Origin: a virus | Virus record (IMG/VR): IMGVR_UViG_3300000176_000008 | Coordinates: 5,609 to 69,608 of that record | Direction: 5' to 3' (one strand) | Length of the DNA: 64,000 nt | In this document: one piece after another, positions 1-9,238 of the stretch | Layout: the number at the start of each line of letters is the position of its first letter | Numbering within the stretch: position 1 is the first letter of the stretch | Notes under the pieces: generated by a model | What the model was told of the DNA's origin: nothing | Seen by the model: the letters and a program-made list of their open reading frames with translations, nothing else | Database searches by the model: none | Position numbers and translations under genes: made by a program

Positions 1-3000
1 TTATAACTGTGCCAGTAGTACCGGGAGTGACACTAATACCAGTACCGCCTACGATGTTAGTAATGGTACTAACAGCAAATCCATTTTGAAAAATAACTGT
101 GGCAGATACAGTATTAGCATATAGTGTCTGTACAATTTCAACATTAGTAGCAGTAACATTACTGGCACTAACATTGCCAGCACTAACTGTGCCTGTGGTT
201 GCAACATTACCTGCAGTAACGGTACCGGTTGAATTTACATTACCAGAATTAATAGTTCCTGCACTGACAGTACCAGTCGATACTAAATTACCAGTAGTAA
301 CTGTATTTGCACTGACAGTACCAGTTGATACTAAATTACCAGTAGTAACTGTATTTGCACTAACAGTACCAGTTGAATTAACATTGCCTGTATTAATATT
401 AGTTGATGTAACAGTGTTAGCACTGACAGTACCAGTAGTTGAAACATTGCCTGCAGTAACGGTGCCAGTTGAATTTACATTACCAGCAGTAACTGTACCG
501 GTAGAAGTAACATTACCAGCATTGACATTACCCGCAGTAACGGTGCCAGTTGAATTTACATTACCTGTGTTAACATTAGTAGATGTAAGTGTATTAGCAC
601 TGACTGTGCCAGAGGACGAAATATTTGTAGTATTAAGGTTGGTAGATGTAACAGTATTAGCACTAACAGTACCTGTCGAACTAACATTGCCGCCAACATT
701 TAAACAACCAGTAATACCAGTACCGCCGTGAACAACCACAGCACCTGTGCAAGGGCTTGAGCTACCTGCACCACCAACAACATTTAAATTATTAGAAGTG
801 TTTGGATTGGTATTAACAAACGGTGTTGAATAAAGCGTAAACGCCTGACTTTGGCTCTGAGGAACTTGGTCTGTAACTGTAATAACATAAGTTGCTGTGG
901 CTGCAGATACCGAAGCTGATCCACTAATTGCACCACTTGAAGTATTAAAGGTTAAGCCAGAAGGAATTGAGCTAGGATATATTGCATAAGTATAGCCAGG
1001 AACACCGCCAGCACCTACTACAGGAGTAGAACTAGCTGCTACATTAACATTGAATGTTACTGCAGGTACCTGTAGTACTGCTTGCAGTGCCGGTGGTGGA
1101 TCAGGATTAACAATTAAATTAAAATTAGCTGATACACTTTGTCCGTCCTGGTCAGCAACAGTAACTGTATAGGATGTTGTCGATAGTGTCTGCGCCGGTG
1201 TACCTGTAATCTGTCCAGTACCGTTGTTAAAAGTTAATCCAAAGTATTGAGAGAAGCTAGGACTAATAGTGTAACTTAATGTGCCATATCCGCCCTGACC
1301 TTGAACAGGAGTGAATGGTGTTATTGCAGAATATTGTACTTCAACAATAGATGGATAGTTGAGTTTGTAGGTCAATGCTACAGGCTTCACTATTAGATTA
1401 AAACTACCGCTGGTAGTTTGTGAAATACTATCAGTAACCGTTACCGTATATGGTGTGTTATTAGACAGAGCATTTGGTGTTCCTGAAAGTTGCCCGGTGT
1501 TGGCATTAAAGTTTAATCCACTGGGTAAAGGTGGGCTAATGCTGTAGCTAATAGGAGCAACACCGCCTAAAGATCCTACAGGAATTATTGCTGCAATTGC
1601 CTGCGTTATTGTTGTAACAATATTTGTAGCATTGGTTACACGAGTCAGTGGTGTAGGTGCCGGTATATAAACTCTAATAGAAGTACTAGATGTAGCACCG
1701 GTACCGTCATTAACAGTAATAGTATATGTTGTAGTGTTAAGGCTAGCAGTAGGAGTACCGCTGATTACACTAGTCACTGTATTAAATGTTAATCCTTGAT
1801 CTATTGAAGGACTAATACTGTAATTGTAAATTCCACTTCCACCGATGGCTGTTACAGGCGTAAATGGCGTTACCGCATAATATTCTGTAAATGAATAGAT
1901 GTAAGAACTAGATGTTGTAGCTGTAAGTGTTAATAACGGATTAGTAACTGCCAGTGTAAACTGTGTGCTACTATTTTGACTGATACTGTCTGAGACAATA
2001 ACAGTATAAGTAGCAGTTGAGCTGACCACACTAGGAGTACCTGTAATTCTACCGTTAGCACTGTTAAAGCTCAATCCTGTAGGCAGAGTAGGACTGACAA
2101 AGAAACTTAGGCTACCATAGCCACCATAGGCTCCTACCGGACTAAAACTAGCATTGGTTACTAGTTTTACCAGCGAAGTTGCGGTGGTTATAATGTATGT
2201 AGAAACAGGAGTAGGATTTAATACAGTTAAGTTGAATACCTGTGAACTGGTATTACTCAATGTATCAGTTATTGTGATTGTATAATTGGTTGCACTGGTA
2301 GAAGTAGTTGCTGTACCGTAAATTTGACCACTACTGGTAATAAAATTTAGCCCACTAGGCAGACTAGGCGTAATTGAGAATGTATAAACTCCGGTACCGC
2401 CCACTACCGTTACCGGAGCAAACTGCGTAACCGCAATACTTCGATATGCAGATATTGACGGAACAGCCAGTGTAGTTACCAGCGCCGGAGTAGCAACCTG
2501 TAGTCTAAATGATGCTGTACTAGATTGACTTAAAGAATCAGAAACAGTAACTGTGTAATTGGTTAGATTAGAATATGTAGAAGCTGACCCGCTAATAATT
2601 CCAGTACCGTTGCCGTACAACAATCCACTAGGTAGAGTTGGAGTAATTGCATAGCTTAGTGTTCCATAACCACCGACGGCAGTTACAGGGGCAAATGGTG
2701 TGAATACTATATTCTGTGATAGAGTTGTAACGCTGATTACAGTAGTTGCTGTAACTGCATTTGGATTGTTAACTGTTAATCTAAAACTTGATGTACTAGT
2801 CTGCGGTGTTTGATCAGTTACTGATACTACATATGTTGTAGCCGCACTAGAAGTAGAAGTAACACCTGCAACCTGTCCATTAGCAGTATTAAAAGTTAAT
2901 CCGGTAGGTAATCCGGGACTAACAGCCCAAGTAAATGTTCCAAACCCGCCTGTGGCAGTTACAGGAGTAAAAGGAGTAAATGTTACTAATCTAGTTAACG

Positions 3001-4429
3001 ATGTAGAAGGTACCGCAGTGGTCACTGTCAGCGGAACAGAACTTACGCTTAGACTAAATGATTTGCTGCTAGTTTGGGTAGCCTGGTCATTAACGGTAAC
3101 TGTATAAGTTGCTACAGAACTGGCTACTGTAGGAGTTCCTAAAATTGCACCAGTACTGGTACTGAACAACAACCCTGTAGGCAGTGCCGGGCTGATGGCA
3201 TAATTTAATCCAAGATATCCGCCACTGGCCGCTACAGGTGTAAAACTAACTGCAGTATTACGAGTTAGAGAATTAGTAGGGCTAACCAATGTTGTAGTTA
3301 ACAACGGTAGTGCGTTGACTACTAGGGTAAAGGACTTAGAGCTACTTTGGGGCGTAGTGGGGTTACTATCCGTAACAGTTACAGTATAACTGGTACTAGG
3401 AATAGAGGTACTAGGGGTTCCGCTGATTGCACCTGTAGTGGCACTGAATGATAAACCAACCGGTAAGCTAGGACTGATGGCATAGTTTAATGCGCCAATA
3501 CCGCCTGATGCTGTTACAGGAGTAAATGTTGTAATAGCAATACTCTGAATAGCAGTAAAACTAGGAACAACCAGTACCGTTGATACTAATACAGGATTAA
3601 CTGTTAAAGAAAAAGACTGACTGCTGTTTTGTCCTACAGTATCAGTGACTGTAACTGCAAAAGTAGTTGGGCTAATAATAGCGGTAGGATTACCACTGAT
3701 AGCCCCAGTGGATGTACTCATTGCTAGTCCAGTAGGTAGATTAGGACTGATAGTGAATTTTAATGCACCAGTACCGCCCGTAGCTGTTACAGGTGTAAAT
3801 GTAGTAGCAGTGGTATATTCTACTAATGTTTGACTAGGAATTGCTAGTGTTGTAGTAACTGGAACGCTACCTGCAGCCGAAACAGTTAAACTAAACGATG
3901 CATTACTAACCAGTCCGCTAGCATCTGTAAAAGAAACGACATAGGTTGTTACTGGTACAGCCACCGTTGGCGTACCTGTTACAGAAACATTAACTGAGTT
4001 ATAATACCTAGAAATACCGTCTGAGCCAACAACTGTAACAACGCTTGGAGTAGATGTTAGAGTCAATCCAGTGGGCAATGCTGGACTAACTGTAGTAGAT
4101 AATCCTACCAATGTGCCACTAGTGGTATAAGATGTAGCAACAGCGGCGCCGCCTGTAGCACCCACTGGCGTAAAATTAACTACTTGACCTGTAGAAACCT
4201 GTGTGCTAGGAACTAGGGTACTGGCAGTAATTGCAGGAATAACTTCAGTACCGCCCGCACCTGCAACTAGCGGACTAGCAGCAGTATACTTGGTCCAGGC
4301 ATTGGTCAGTGCACCTTTGGTTAATTGGAACGCAGCACCAGCGCTGGTTACATAAAAATCGCCGAGTTGGTATTGAGATAGTTTAGTACTAGGCGTCGTT
4401 GCTGGATAGGGTGAGAAATAAATTGCCAT
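1..4429 (-). CDS. Large Ig-repeat (He_PIG/cadherin-like) fibre/adhesin protein, 3' end runs off the window (>1470 aa)
   Basis: Absent from the ORF track because no stop lies inside the window. ATG at 4429 reads MAIYFSPYPATTPSTKLSQYQLGDFYV..., and the same frame is open at position 2 (...NIVGGTGISVTPGTTGTVI). About 12 repeats of ~92 aa (SPxLPxGLxFNTxTGxISGTP...YTVTVxD) are followed by GNVNSTGTVTA beta-repeats. Confidence 0.85.
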   Translation of the reverse strand, partial: MAIYFSPYPATTPSTKLSQYQLGDFYVTSAGAAFQLTKGALTNAWTKYTAASPLVAGAGGTEVIPAITASTLVPSTQVSTGQVVNFTPVGATGGAAVATSYTTSGTLVGLSTTVSPALPTGLTLTSTPSVVTVVGSDGISRYYNSVNVSVTGTPTVAVPVTTYVVSFTDASGLVSNASFSLTVSAAGSVPVTTTLAIPSQTLVEYTTATTFTPVTATGGTGALKFTISPNLPTGLAMSTSTGAISGNPTAIISPTTFAVTVTDTVGQNSSQSFSLTVNPVLVSTVLVVPSFTAIQSIAITTFTPVTASGGIGALNYAISPSLPVGLSFSATTGAISGTPSTSIPSTSYTVTVTDSNPTTPQSSSKSFTLVVNALPLLTTTLVSPTNSLTRNTAVSFTPVAASGGYLGLNYAISPALPTGLLFSTSTGAILGTPTVASSVATYTVTVNDQATQTSSKSFSLSVSSVPLTVTTAVPSTSLTRLVTFTPFTPVTATGGFGTFTWAVSPGLPTGLTFNTANGQVAGVTSTSSAATTYVVSVTDQTPQTSTSSFRLTVNNPNAVTATTVISVTTLSQNIVFTPFAPVTAVGGYGTLSYAITPTLPSGLLYGNGTGIISGSASTYSNLTNYTVTVSDSLSQSSTASFRLQVATPALVTTLAVPSISAYRSIAVTQFAPVTVVGGTGVYTFSITPSLPSGLNFITSSGQIYGTATTSTSATNYTITITDTLSNTSSQVFNLTVLNPTPVSTYIITTATSLVKLVTNASFSPVGAYGGYGSLSFFVSPTLPTGLSFNSANGRITGTPSVVSSTATYTVIVSDSISQNSSTQFTLAVTNPLLTLTATTSSSYIYSFTEYYAVTPFTPVTAIGGSGIYNYSISPSIDQGLTFNTVTSVISGTPTASLNTTTYTITVNDGTGATSSTSIRVYIPAPTPLTRVTNATNIVTTITQAIAAIIPVGSLGGVAPISYSISPPLPSGLNFNANTGQLSGTPNALSNNTPYTVTVTDSISQTTSGSFNLIVKPVALTYKLNYPSIVEVQYSAITPFTPVQGQGGYGTLSYTISPSFSQYFGLTFNNGTGQITGTPAQTLSTTSYTVTVADQDGQSVSANFNLIVNPDPPPALQAVLQVPAVTFNVNVAASSTPVVGAGGVPGYTYAIYPSSIPSGLTFNTSSGAISGSASVSAATATYVITVTDQVPQSQSQAFTLYSTPFVNTNPNTSNNLNVVGGAGSSSPCTGAVVVHGGTGITGCLNVGGNVSSTGTVSANTVTSTNLNTTNISSSGTVSANTLTSTNVNTGNVNSTGTVTAGNVNAGNVTSTGTVTAGNVNSTGTVTAGNVSTTGTVSANTVTSTNINTGNVNSTGTVSANTVTTGNLVSTGTVSANTVTTGNLVSTGTVSAGTINSGNVNSTGTVTAGNVATTGTVSAGNVSASNVTATNVEIVQTLYANTVSATVIFQNGFAVSTITNIVGGTGISVTPGTTGTVI
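120..700 (-). repeat. Short tandem coding repeats (11-16 aa, GNVNSTGTVTA/VSANTVTS), including a near-exact 48-nt duplication at 261-308/309-356
   Basis: gcactgacagtaccagt(c/t)gatactaaattaccagtagtaactgtattt occurs twice in tandem; related 33-48-nt units flank it. Confidence 0.85.
830..4200 (-). repeat. ~12 tandem Ig-like domain repeats, ~277-nt period
   Basis: The SP/TP-x-LP-x-G motif recurs near 4081, 3745, 3470, 3190, 2910, 2640, 2365, 2090, 1810, 1535, 1260 and 975. Confidence 0.8.
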
Positions 4430-4435
4430 GATGTA

Positions 4436-5098
4436 TTAGAATATAGGATTAAATTGGACGTTACCGCACCCTTGATTGATCATAATGTATAGAGCGCCAA
4501 CGGTATTATCATAATACATATCGCCTACTGCTATTTGTCCGCCGCAGGTTGTTGGTAGTACAAAACAACCTGTGCATATTCCAGCAGCACCTGCGGCTGC
4601 TATAATTGAACAATTCGTCCATAATACTCCTGCTCGTGTAGTTTGTATAGATCCATCACCGAATGTAATGCTACCGGAACTAGTAGTAATATTAAAACTA
4701 GGGGCTGATATAGCACCTTGTGTAGTTACTCCATCATAAAATGTTGCTGTACCGTGGAAGTTTGCTTCTTTGCCGACATTTAGTGCGCCGCCGATACCAA
4801 CTCCGCCGCAGACAACCAGTGCACCAGTAGTTGTACTGGTACTGGCTGTGGTATTGGTTATTTCGAATTTGTCCGGACTTTGGACTAGAGTTTGAGTAAC
4901 TGTAGTGAGTTCTACTACTAACTTGGTAGCATTAATGGTACCGCCAACATACAAATTTCCAGCAATACCTGCGCCACCTTGAACAACCAAGGCACCGGAT
5001 GATGTTGAGTATGAGTTATAATGACCTTCGACTGTGGCAGTCGTAGAGACCACAAGGCCATTCTTGACTACAAAGTCTTTATTATTGACGGTTGCCAT
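4436..5098 (-). CDS. Short fibre/adaptor protein (N-terminal KDFVVKNGL motif, GALVVxGGxGIxG repeats)
   Basis: 220-aa ORF with phage fibre-type beta repeats and a C-terminal GDMYYDNTVGALY motif. Confidence 0.8.
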   Translation of the reverse strand: MATVNNKDFVVKNGLVVSTTATVEGHYNSYSTSSGALVVQGGAGIAGNLYVGGTINATKLVVELTTVTQTLVQSPDKFEITNTTASTSTTTGALVVCGGVGIGGALNVGKEANFHGTATFYDGVTTQGAISAPSFNITTSSGSITFGDGSIQTTRAGVLWTNCSIIAAAGAAGICTGCFVLPTTCGGQIAVGDMYYDNTVGALYIMINQGCGNVQFNPIF

Positions 5099-5154
5099 TA
5101 GTCTTCGCTTCCCTTTCCACGTTAGTAACGGCAGTTACTTAAATTTTAATAGTG

Positions 5155-5162
5155 TATTTATA
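5155..5162 (-). promoter_or_regulatory. T4-type late promoter TATAAATA
   Basis: Exact T4 late consensus on the minus strand, between a terminator and the gene starting at 5098. Confidence 0.7.
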
Positions 5163-5179
5163 TAATATTACAAAAGCCT

Positions 5180-5208
5180 AAAAAAATAGGACCCGAAGGT
5201 CCTATTTT
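5180..5208 (-). terminator. Rho-independent terminator with cUUCGg loop
   Basis: aaaataggacc-cgaa-ggtcctatttt; the minus strand reads stem-UUCG-stem-U tract just after the stop at 5226. Confidence 0.85.
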
Positions 5209-5225
5209 GTAGATCAACTTATTGA

Positions 5226-8200
5226 TTAATAAGTTGGAATAGCTGACAAGATGCTTTGACGAACAACTTGAACTGTTAGGCTAGTTGCACCAGTTGGAGT
5301 AAATGTTAATTCAACAACACTACCACTAATATCAGCATCAAATTGTCCTAATTCGCCGTTGTTTGTAACAACACTGAATTGGTTCATGTAAACATTAGTA
5401 CCGTCTTGGATTAACAAGATTTCTTCAGTGTGGATGTTAGCTCCGTCGACTAATTGAATTAGGTATTTGGCACTGGCATAGTCTGTACTGAATGTGTCAA
5501 TAGTAACTTTGCTCGCTCCGCTGATACCGCTTTGTCCAATAGCAGCTTGTACGTTGTTGACGATAAAGATACCATTTGTACCAGTATGTCCTACGTTGTT
5601 AGTAGCATCACCTGCAACAACTACACCACCAATAACAATGTCTTTACCGGCACGTAGGCCGCCTTCGGTAACAATGCTAGCAGCACATGCTGTGGTATAG
5701 CCTTGGCCGATTACACTAGATGCAATGTGTCCAACAGCACTCATGAACTGTGCGCCATCAGTGCTTGTAATGTACAAATCGCCAGTTAGTGAAGCGCTTG
5801 TAGCTGTAACGTGTGCTAGTGTTGTACCACCAGTTACTGTTAAGTTGTTTAATGTAGAGTTGCCTGTTACATTTAAACTTGTAGCAGTTGTACCAGCTAG
5901 ATAAGCATCACCAGTTACTGTTACGGTGTTCAATGTAGAGTTGCCTGTTACATTTAAACTTGTAGCAGTTGTACCAGCTAGGTATGTATCACCAGTCACA
6001 TTGAATGTACTTGTAACTGTTGTTACAGCATTGAATATAGCAGAGTGAGTTACTGTTAAGTTAGTCAATGTAGCATTGGTCAATACCAATTGTGCTAAAT
6101 TAACTGGACCAGTTACTGTCAAGCTGGTAGCTGTGATAGCATTTGCAAATACTGTACCTGTAGATACAATGTCTTGGAATGTACCAGTACTGCCACTTAC
6201 GCTGTCAAGTCCGCTTAGGTTTTGTCCTTTTACAAACAATGTACCATCAACATAGACATTGCCGTTGAATATAGCACAGCCGCCAACTAACAAGTTCTTG
6301 CTAATACCAACACCACCGCTGACTGCAAGAGCATTACTAGATGTTGTACTTGTGCTAGTAGCACTGCATTGTACAATAACATTCTTAGCAATGTTAGCAC
6401 CGCCAGTTACATACAATGCACCAGTAGATGCACCGCAGGCTGCTGTTGCACAATTAACAATAACATTCTTGCCAACATATGCGCCACCAGTTACAACTAG
6501 TGCACCAGTTCCGCAAGCACTAGTCGAAGCTGCTGTGCAGTTTGTAACCTTGGCTTTTGGTGTTGTTAGTGTAGAACTAGCATATGTAAAACCAGTAGAG
6601 TCAGTTAGTTTACCGCATATACCAGCATAAACAACGCCGCCTGCTACACATTTTAGACTTGTAACATTGACACATGCTGCTGTAATGGTATTTCCAGAAA
6701 CACCTACACATGTACCTACAATGCCGTTAGTACTATCATAAGTTAATACTTTAGCGGGTGTTGTAATACTAGTAACTTTAACTTTATTACCAGTTACTGT
6801 TCCGCAAGCAGCAGATAAATTAGTTGCCGATAATGTAGCACCATTCCAAGTAAATGCCGAGCAATCTGTTAATGTACCACATACCCCGGTATAAACAACT
6901 TTTCCGCAACCGCCTAAACTTGTAACTTTTGCATTAAGGGTAGTGAAATTGGTGCTAACACAGATATTAGGAACATTTAATGTAGAGCCAAAAAATGTAA
7001 AGCTGCTATTACCAGCTAAAGAACCGCAACTACCGCAAGCGTATACAATCTGTGTATTAGCTAAAGTAGTAACATCAACATTAGCAGCTTTTAATGTACC
7101 GCAGCTAACTGTAACAGATGTATCGCTTACAATAGTACCGCAGGCATTAGAATATAATAAACCATTAGCACTGACTAAGCTGCTAGATTTGAAATGTCCT
7201 GCAGTAATGCAATTAACAGCGCTGATACAATTAGCACCACTAATTGTTCCGCCAGTCATTGTAATAGATCCGCCAATACCATTAACTTGTAACTGTGTGC
7301 CAACTGTTAGGTTTCCGGATCCATTATAACTTAATCCGGAATCGCTTTCTAATACACCACAAGCACCAGCATAAACTACTCCGCCGCATTTGTTAGTTAA
7401 TCCAGTAACTTTAACAGCAGGTGCACAAACATAAGCTGAACCGCCACTCAATGTAACATTGCCAGAAGTAAGATTAATACTACCGTTGTTTAATGTTAAT
7501 GCGCCTGTGTTATCAAAGATCGCTGTGTTGATACCGCTAGAACCGGTTGCTAGTGTAACACCAGCCGAATCTGCAGTTACCGCAGCCGCATTGTTGTAAT
7601 TCAACTGTGCAGATGCACCAGAATAAACTGTTGTAGCATTAGTTCCGCCGGAGAATACTACCGGTTTACATGCCACTGGACCATTACCGCAACCGTAGAC
7701 TTTAGCGTTGCCAACAGTTAATGTTACTGCAGTAGCACTGAATGCAAAGTTAGAACTGAATGTTGTCGAGCTTGTACCAGATTGGAATGGAATCTCGTTT
7801 TGATAACCCCAAGCAATGTTAGTTGCTGTGCCAGAGTAGCAGGCAAATTTACTTGCTGAACTTACTTTCCAAGTAGCTGTGCTATTAGCACTACACCAGG
7901 TTAGTAGTTGATTATTTGCTGTAGCAGCAGGAATAAATGTTGTTACACCACTAGCTGCTTGGATTGGAATTTGACCTAATGCACCGCCGGTTATGTTATC
8001 GGCTGAAGTAACTGTACCCCAAATATGACCACCAACTTGTAAGTCGCTGGCAATGTATGCGCCACCGGCAACTTGTAAAGCACCGCTTGAACTACCTGTA
8101 GTTACATTAGTAGTGTCGTGTGCGTTTACAGAACCTAGATCCAATGCAGCATATGAACCGTTGTTTACTAGGTCGGCATTTGGAATTGGTTCGCTAGAAC

Positions 8201-9218
8201 CAGGATCAATATTTGTACGTAATACCAAGTGGCCTGTAGTATCATTACGACCAACAAACATGTGGCTGTTTGTGCTACCGCTATAGTAGTTAATCAACAA
8301 ACCACGGTTCATACCGTCGTCTGTGGTTAAGTTAGCACCACATGCGCCGCCACCGACACTGAATACAGGATCTTGGATATATGTAGCTGTGCTGTTAATA
8401 ACAGTTTGTACGCCTAGTACAGTTAAGTCGCCTGCAATAACTGCATTGCCGCCGACTGCCAAGCATTTAGCAATACCAGCACCGCCTGCTGTGTACAAGC
8501 TATTACTTGCTGTGTTAGATGTACTAGAACATGTACCGCTGACATACAAGTTTTTCTTAATGTATGCGCCGCCTTGGGCAACAATCAATGCACCAGCGCC
8601 GGCGCTTGTAGCAGCAGCACAGTTATCAATTAATGCAGCACCGTTAACATATAAACCGCCAGCTTGGATAGAAACTGCTGCTGTACTTGTGTTGCTTCCG
8701 CCGGTAACATTACCTGTGCCAGCAACAACAACATTCTTATCAACAAATACACCACCTGACTTAACAACCAATGCACCTGCTGGTGTAACACCGCCTGCCG
8801 CTGTTGTACTATCGTCAATGGTTAATACACCGTTTGATTCAACTGTGCTACCAAAGTAAGCAGCACCAGAAGCAGTAAACAAGTTATTAACTTGAGCATT
8901 ATTATTAAATGTAGCATCGCCGTTGACTTTTAAAGTACTACCTAAATAGGTTGCACCCGAAGCAGTAAACAGGTTAGTAACACTAACATTATTGCCAAAT
9001 ACAGCATCGCTAGATACATTTAATGTGTTATATAAATTGGTAGGACCCCAAACACTTGCGGTGCTGCCAATCATTAAATTTTGTGGTGTTGCAATACCGG
9101 AATAAACCTGGAGTGCCCCTGGATTAGAACCCGATGTTGTTGTCGTAACTGCCTTTGTTCCCTCGACAACCAGACCGGCTCTTACGACGAAGTCTTTAGT
9201 TAGTGATGTTAGTGCCAT
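5226..9218 (-). CDS. Long Gly/Thr/Ser-rich fibre protein with a Cys-rich centre
   Basis: 1330 aa with N-terminal KDFVVRAGL, many GALxVxGGxxIxKNLxV repeats, and a C-terminal DTFSTDYASAKYLIQ...GELGQFDA domain shared with 9239..10750. Confidence 0.8.
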   Translation of the reverse strand: MALTSLTKDFVVRAGLVVEGTKAVTTTTSGSNPGALQVYSGIATPQNLMIGSTASVWGPTNLYNTLNVSSDAVFGNNVSVTNLFTASGATYLGSTLKVNGDATFNNNAQVNNLFTASGAAYFGSTVESNGVLTIDDSTTAAGGVTPAGALVVKSGGVFVDKNVVVAGTGNVTGGSNTSTAAVSIQAGGLYVNGAALIDNCAAATSAGAGALIVAQGGAYIKKNLYVSGTCSSTSNTASNSLYTAGGAGIAKCLAVGGNAVIAGDLTVLGVQTVINSTATYIQDPVFSVGGGACGANLTTDDGMNRGLLINYYSGSTNSHMFVGRNDTTGHLVLRTNIDPGSSEPIPNADLVNNGSYAALDLGSVNAHDTTNVTTGSSSGALQVAGGAYIASDLQVGGHIWGTVTSADNITGGALGQIPIQAASGVTTFIPAATANNQLLTWCSANSTATWKVSSASKFACYSGTATNIAWGYQNEIPFQSGTSSTTFSSNFAFSATAVTLTVGNAKVYGCGNGPVACKPVVFSGGTNATTVYSGASAQLNYNNAAAVTADSAGVTLATGSSGINTAIFDNTGALTLNNGSINLTSGNVTLSGGSAYVCAPAVKVTGLTNKCGGVVYAGACGVLESDSGLSYNGSGNLTVGTQLQVNGIGGSITMTGGTISGANCISAVNCITAGHFKSSSLVSANGLLYSNACGTIVSDTSVTVSCGTLKAANVDVTTLANTQIVYACGSCGSLAGNSSFTFFGSTLNVPNICVSTNFTTLNAKVTSLGGCGKVVYTGVCGTLTDCSAFTWNGATLSATNLSAACGTVTGNKVKVTSITTPAKVLTYDSTNGIVGTCVGVSGNTITAACVNVTSLKCVAGGVVYAGICGKLTDSTGFTYASSTLTTPKAKVTNCTAASTSACGTGALVVTGGAYVGKNVIVNCATAACGASTGALYVTGGANIAKNVIVQCSATSTSTTSSNALAVSGGVGISKNLLVGGCAIFNGNVYVDGTLFVKGQNLSGLDSVSGSTGTFQDIVSTGTVFANAITATSLTVTGPVNLAQLVLTNATLTNLTVTHSAIFNAVTTVTSTFNVTGDTYLAGTTATSLNVTGNSTLNTVTVTGDAYLAGTTATSLNVTGNSTLNNLTVTGGTTLAHVTATSASLTGDLYITSTDGAQFMSAVGHIASSVIGQGYTTACAASIVTEGGLRAGKDIVIGGVVVAGDATNNVGHTGTNGIFIVNNVQAAIGQSGISGASKVTIDTFSTDYASAKYLIQLVDGANIHTEEILLIQDGTNVYMNQFSVVTNNGELGQFDADISGSVVELTFTPTGATSLTVQVVRQSILSAIPTY
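5851..5981. repeat. Exact 50-nt direct repeat (5851-5900 and 5932-5981) inside the fibre gene
   Basis: aatgtagagttgcctgttacatttaaacttgtagcagttgtaccagctag occurs twice with an 81-nt period, encoding LAGTTATSLNVTGNSTL. Confidence 0.9.
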
Positions 9219-9238
9219 TTATTTTTATCTCCAAATTT

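Noticed and set aside
120-700. Tandem repeats as a possible CRISPR or guide array
   Set aside because: Units are multiples of 3 nt, degenerate at wobble positions and in frame within a coding gene; there are no unique spacers and no cas genes.
99-731. 210-aa plus-strand ORF of V/T/L/P repeats, and similar shadow ORFs (6259..6630, 8323..8859, 24119..24574, 29414..30430 etc.)
   Set aside because: These are antisense mirrors of real minus-strand genes, produced by repetitive, biased codon usage; they have no SD or coherent protein features.
5851-5981. Exact repeats here and at 33160-33289 as DGR template/variable repeats
   Set aside because: The copies are identical, adjacent and in frame, with no adenine-specific mismatches and no reverse transcriptase in the window.
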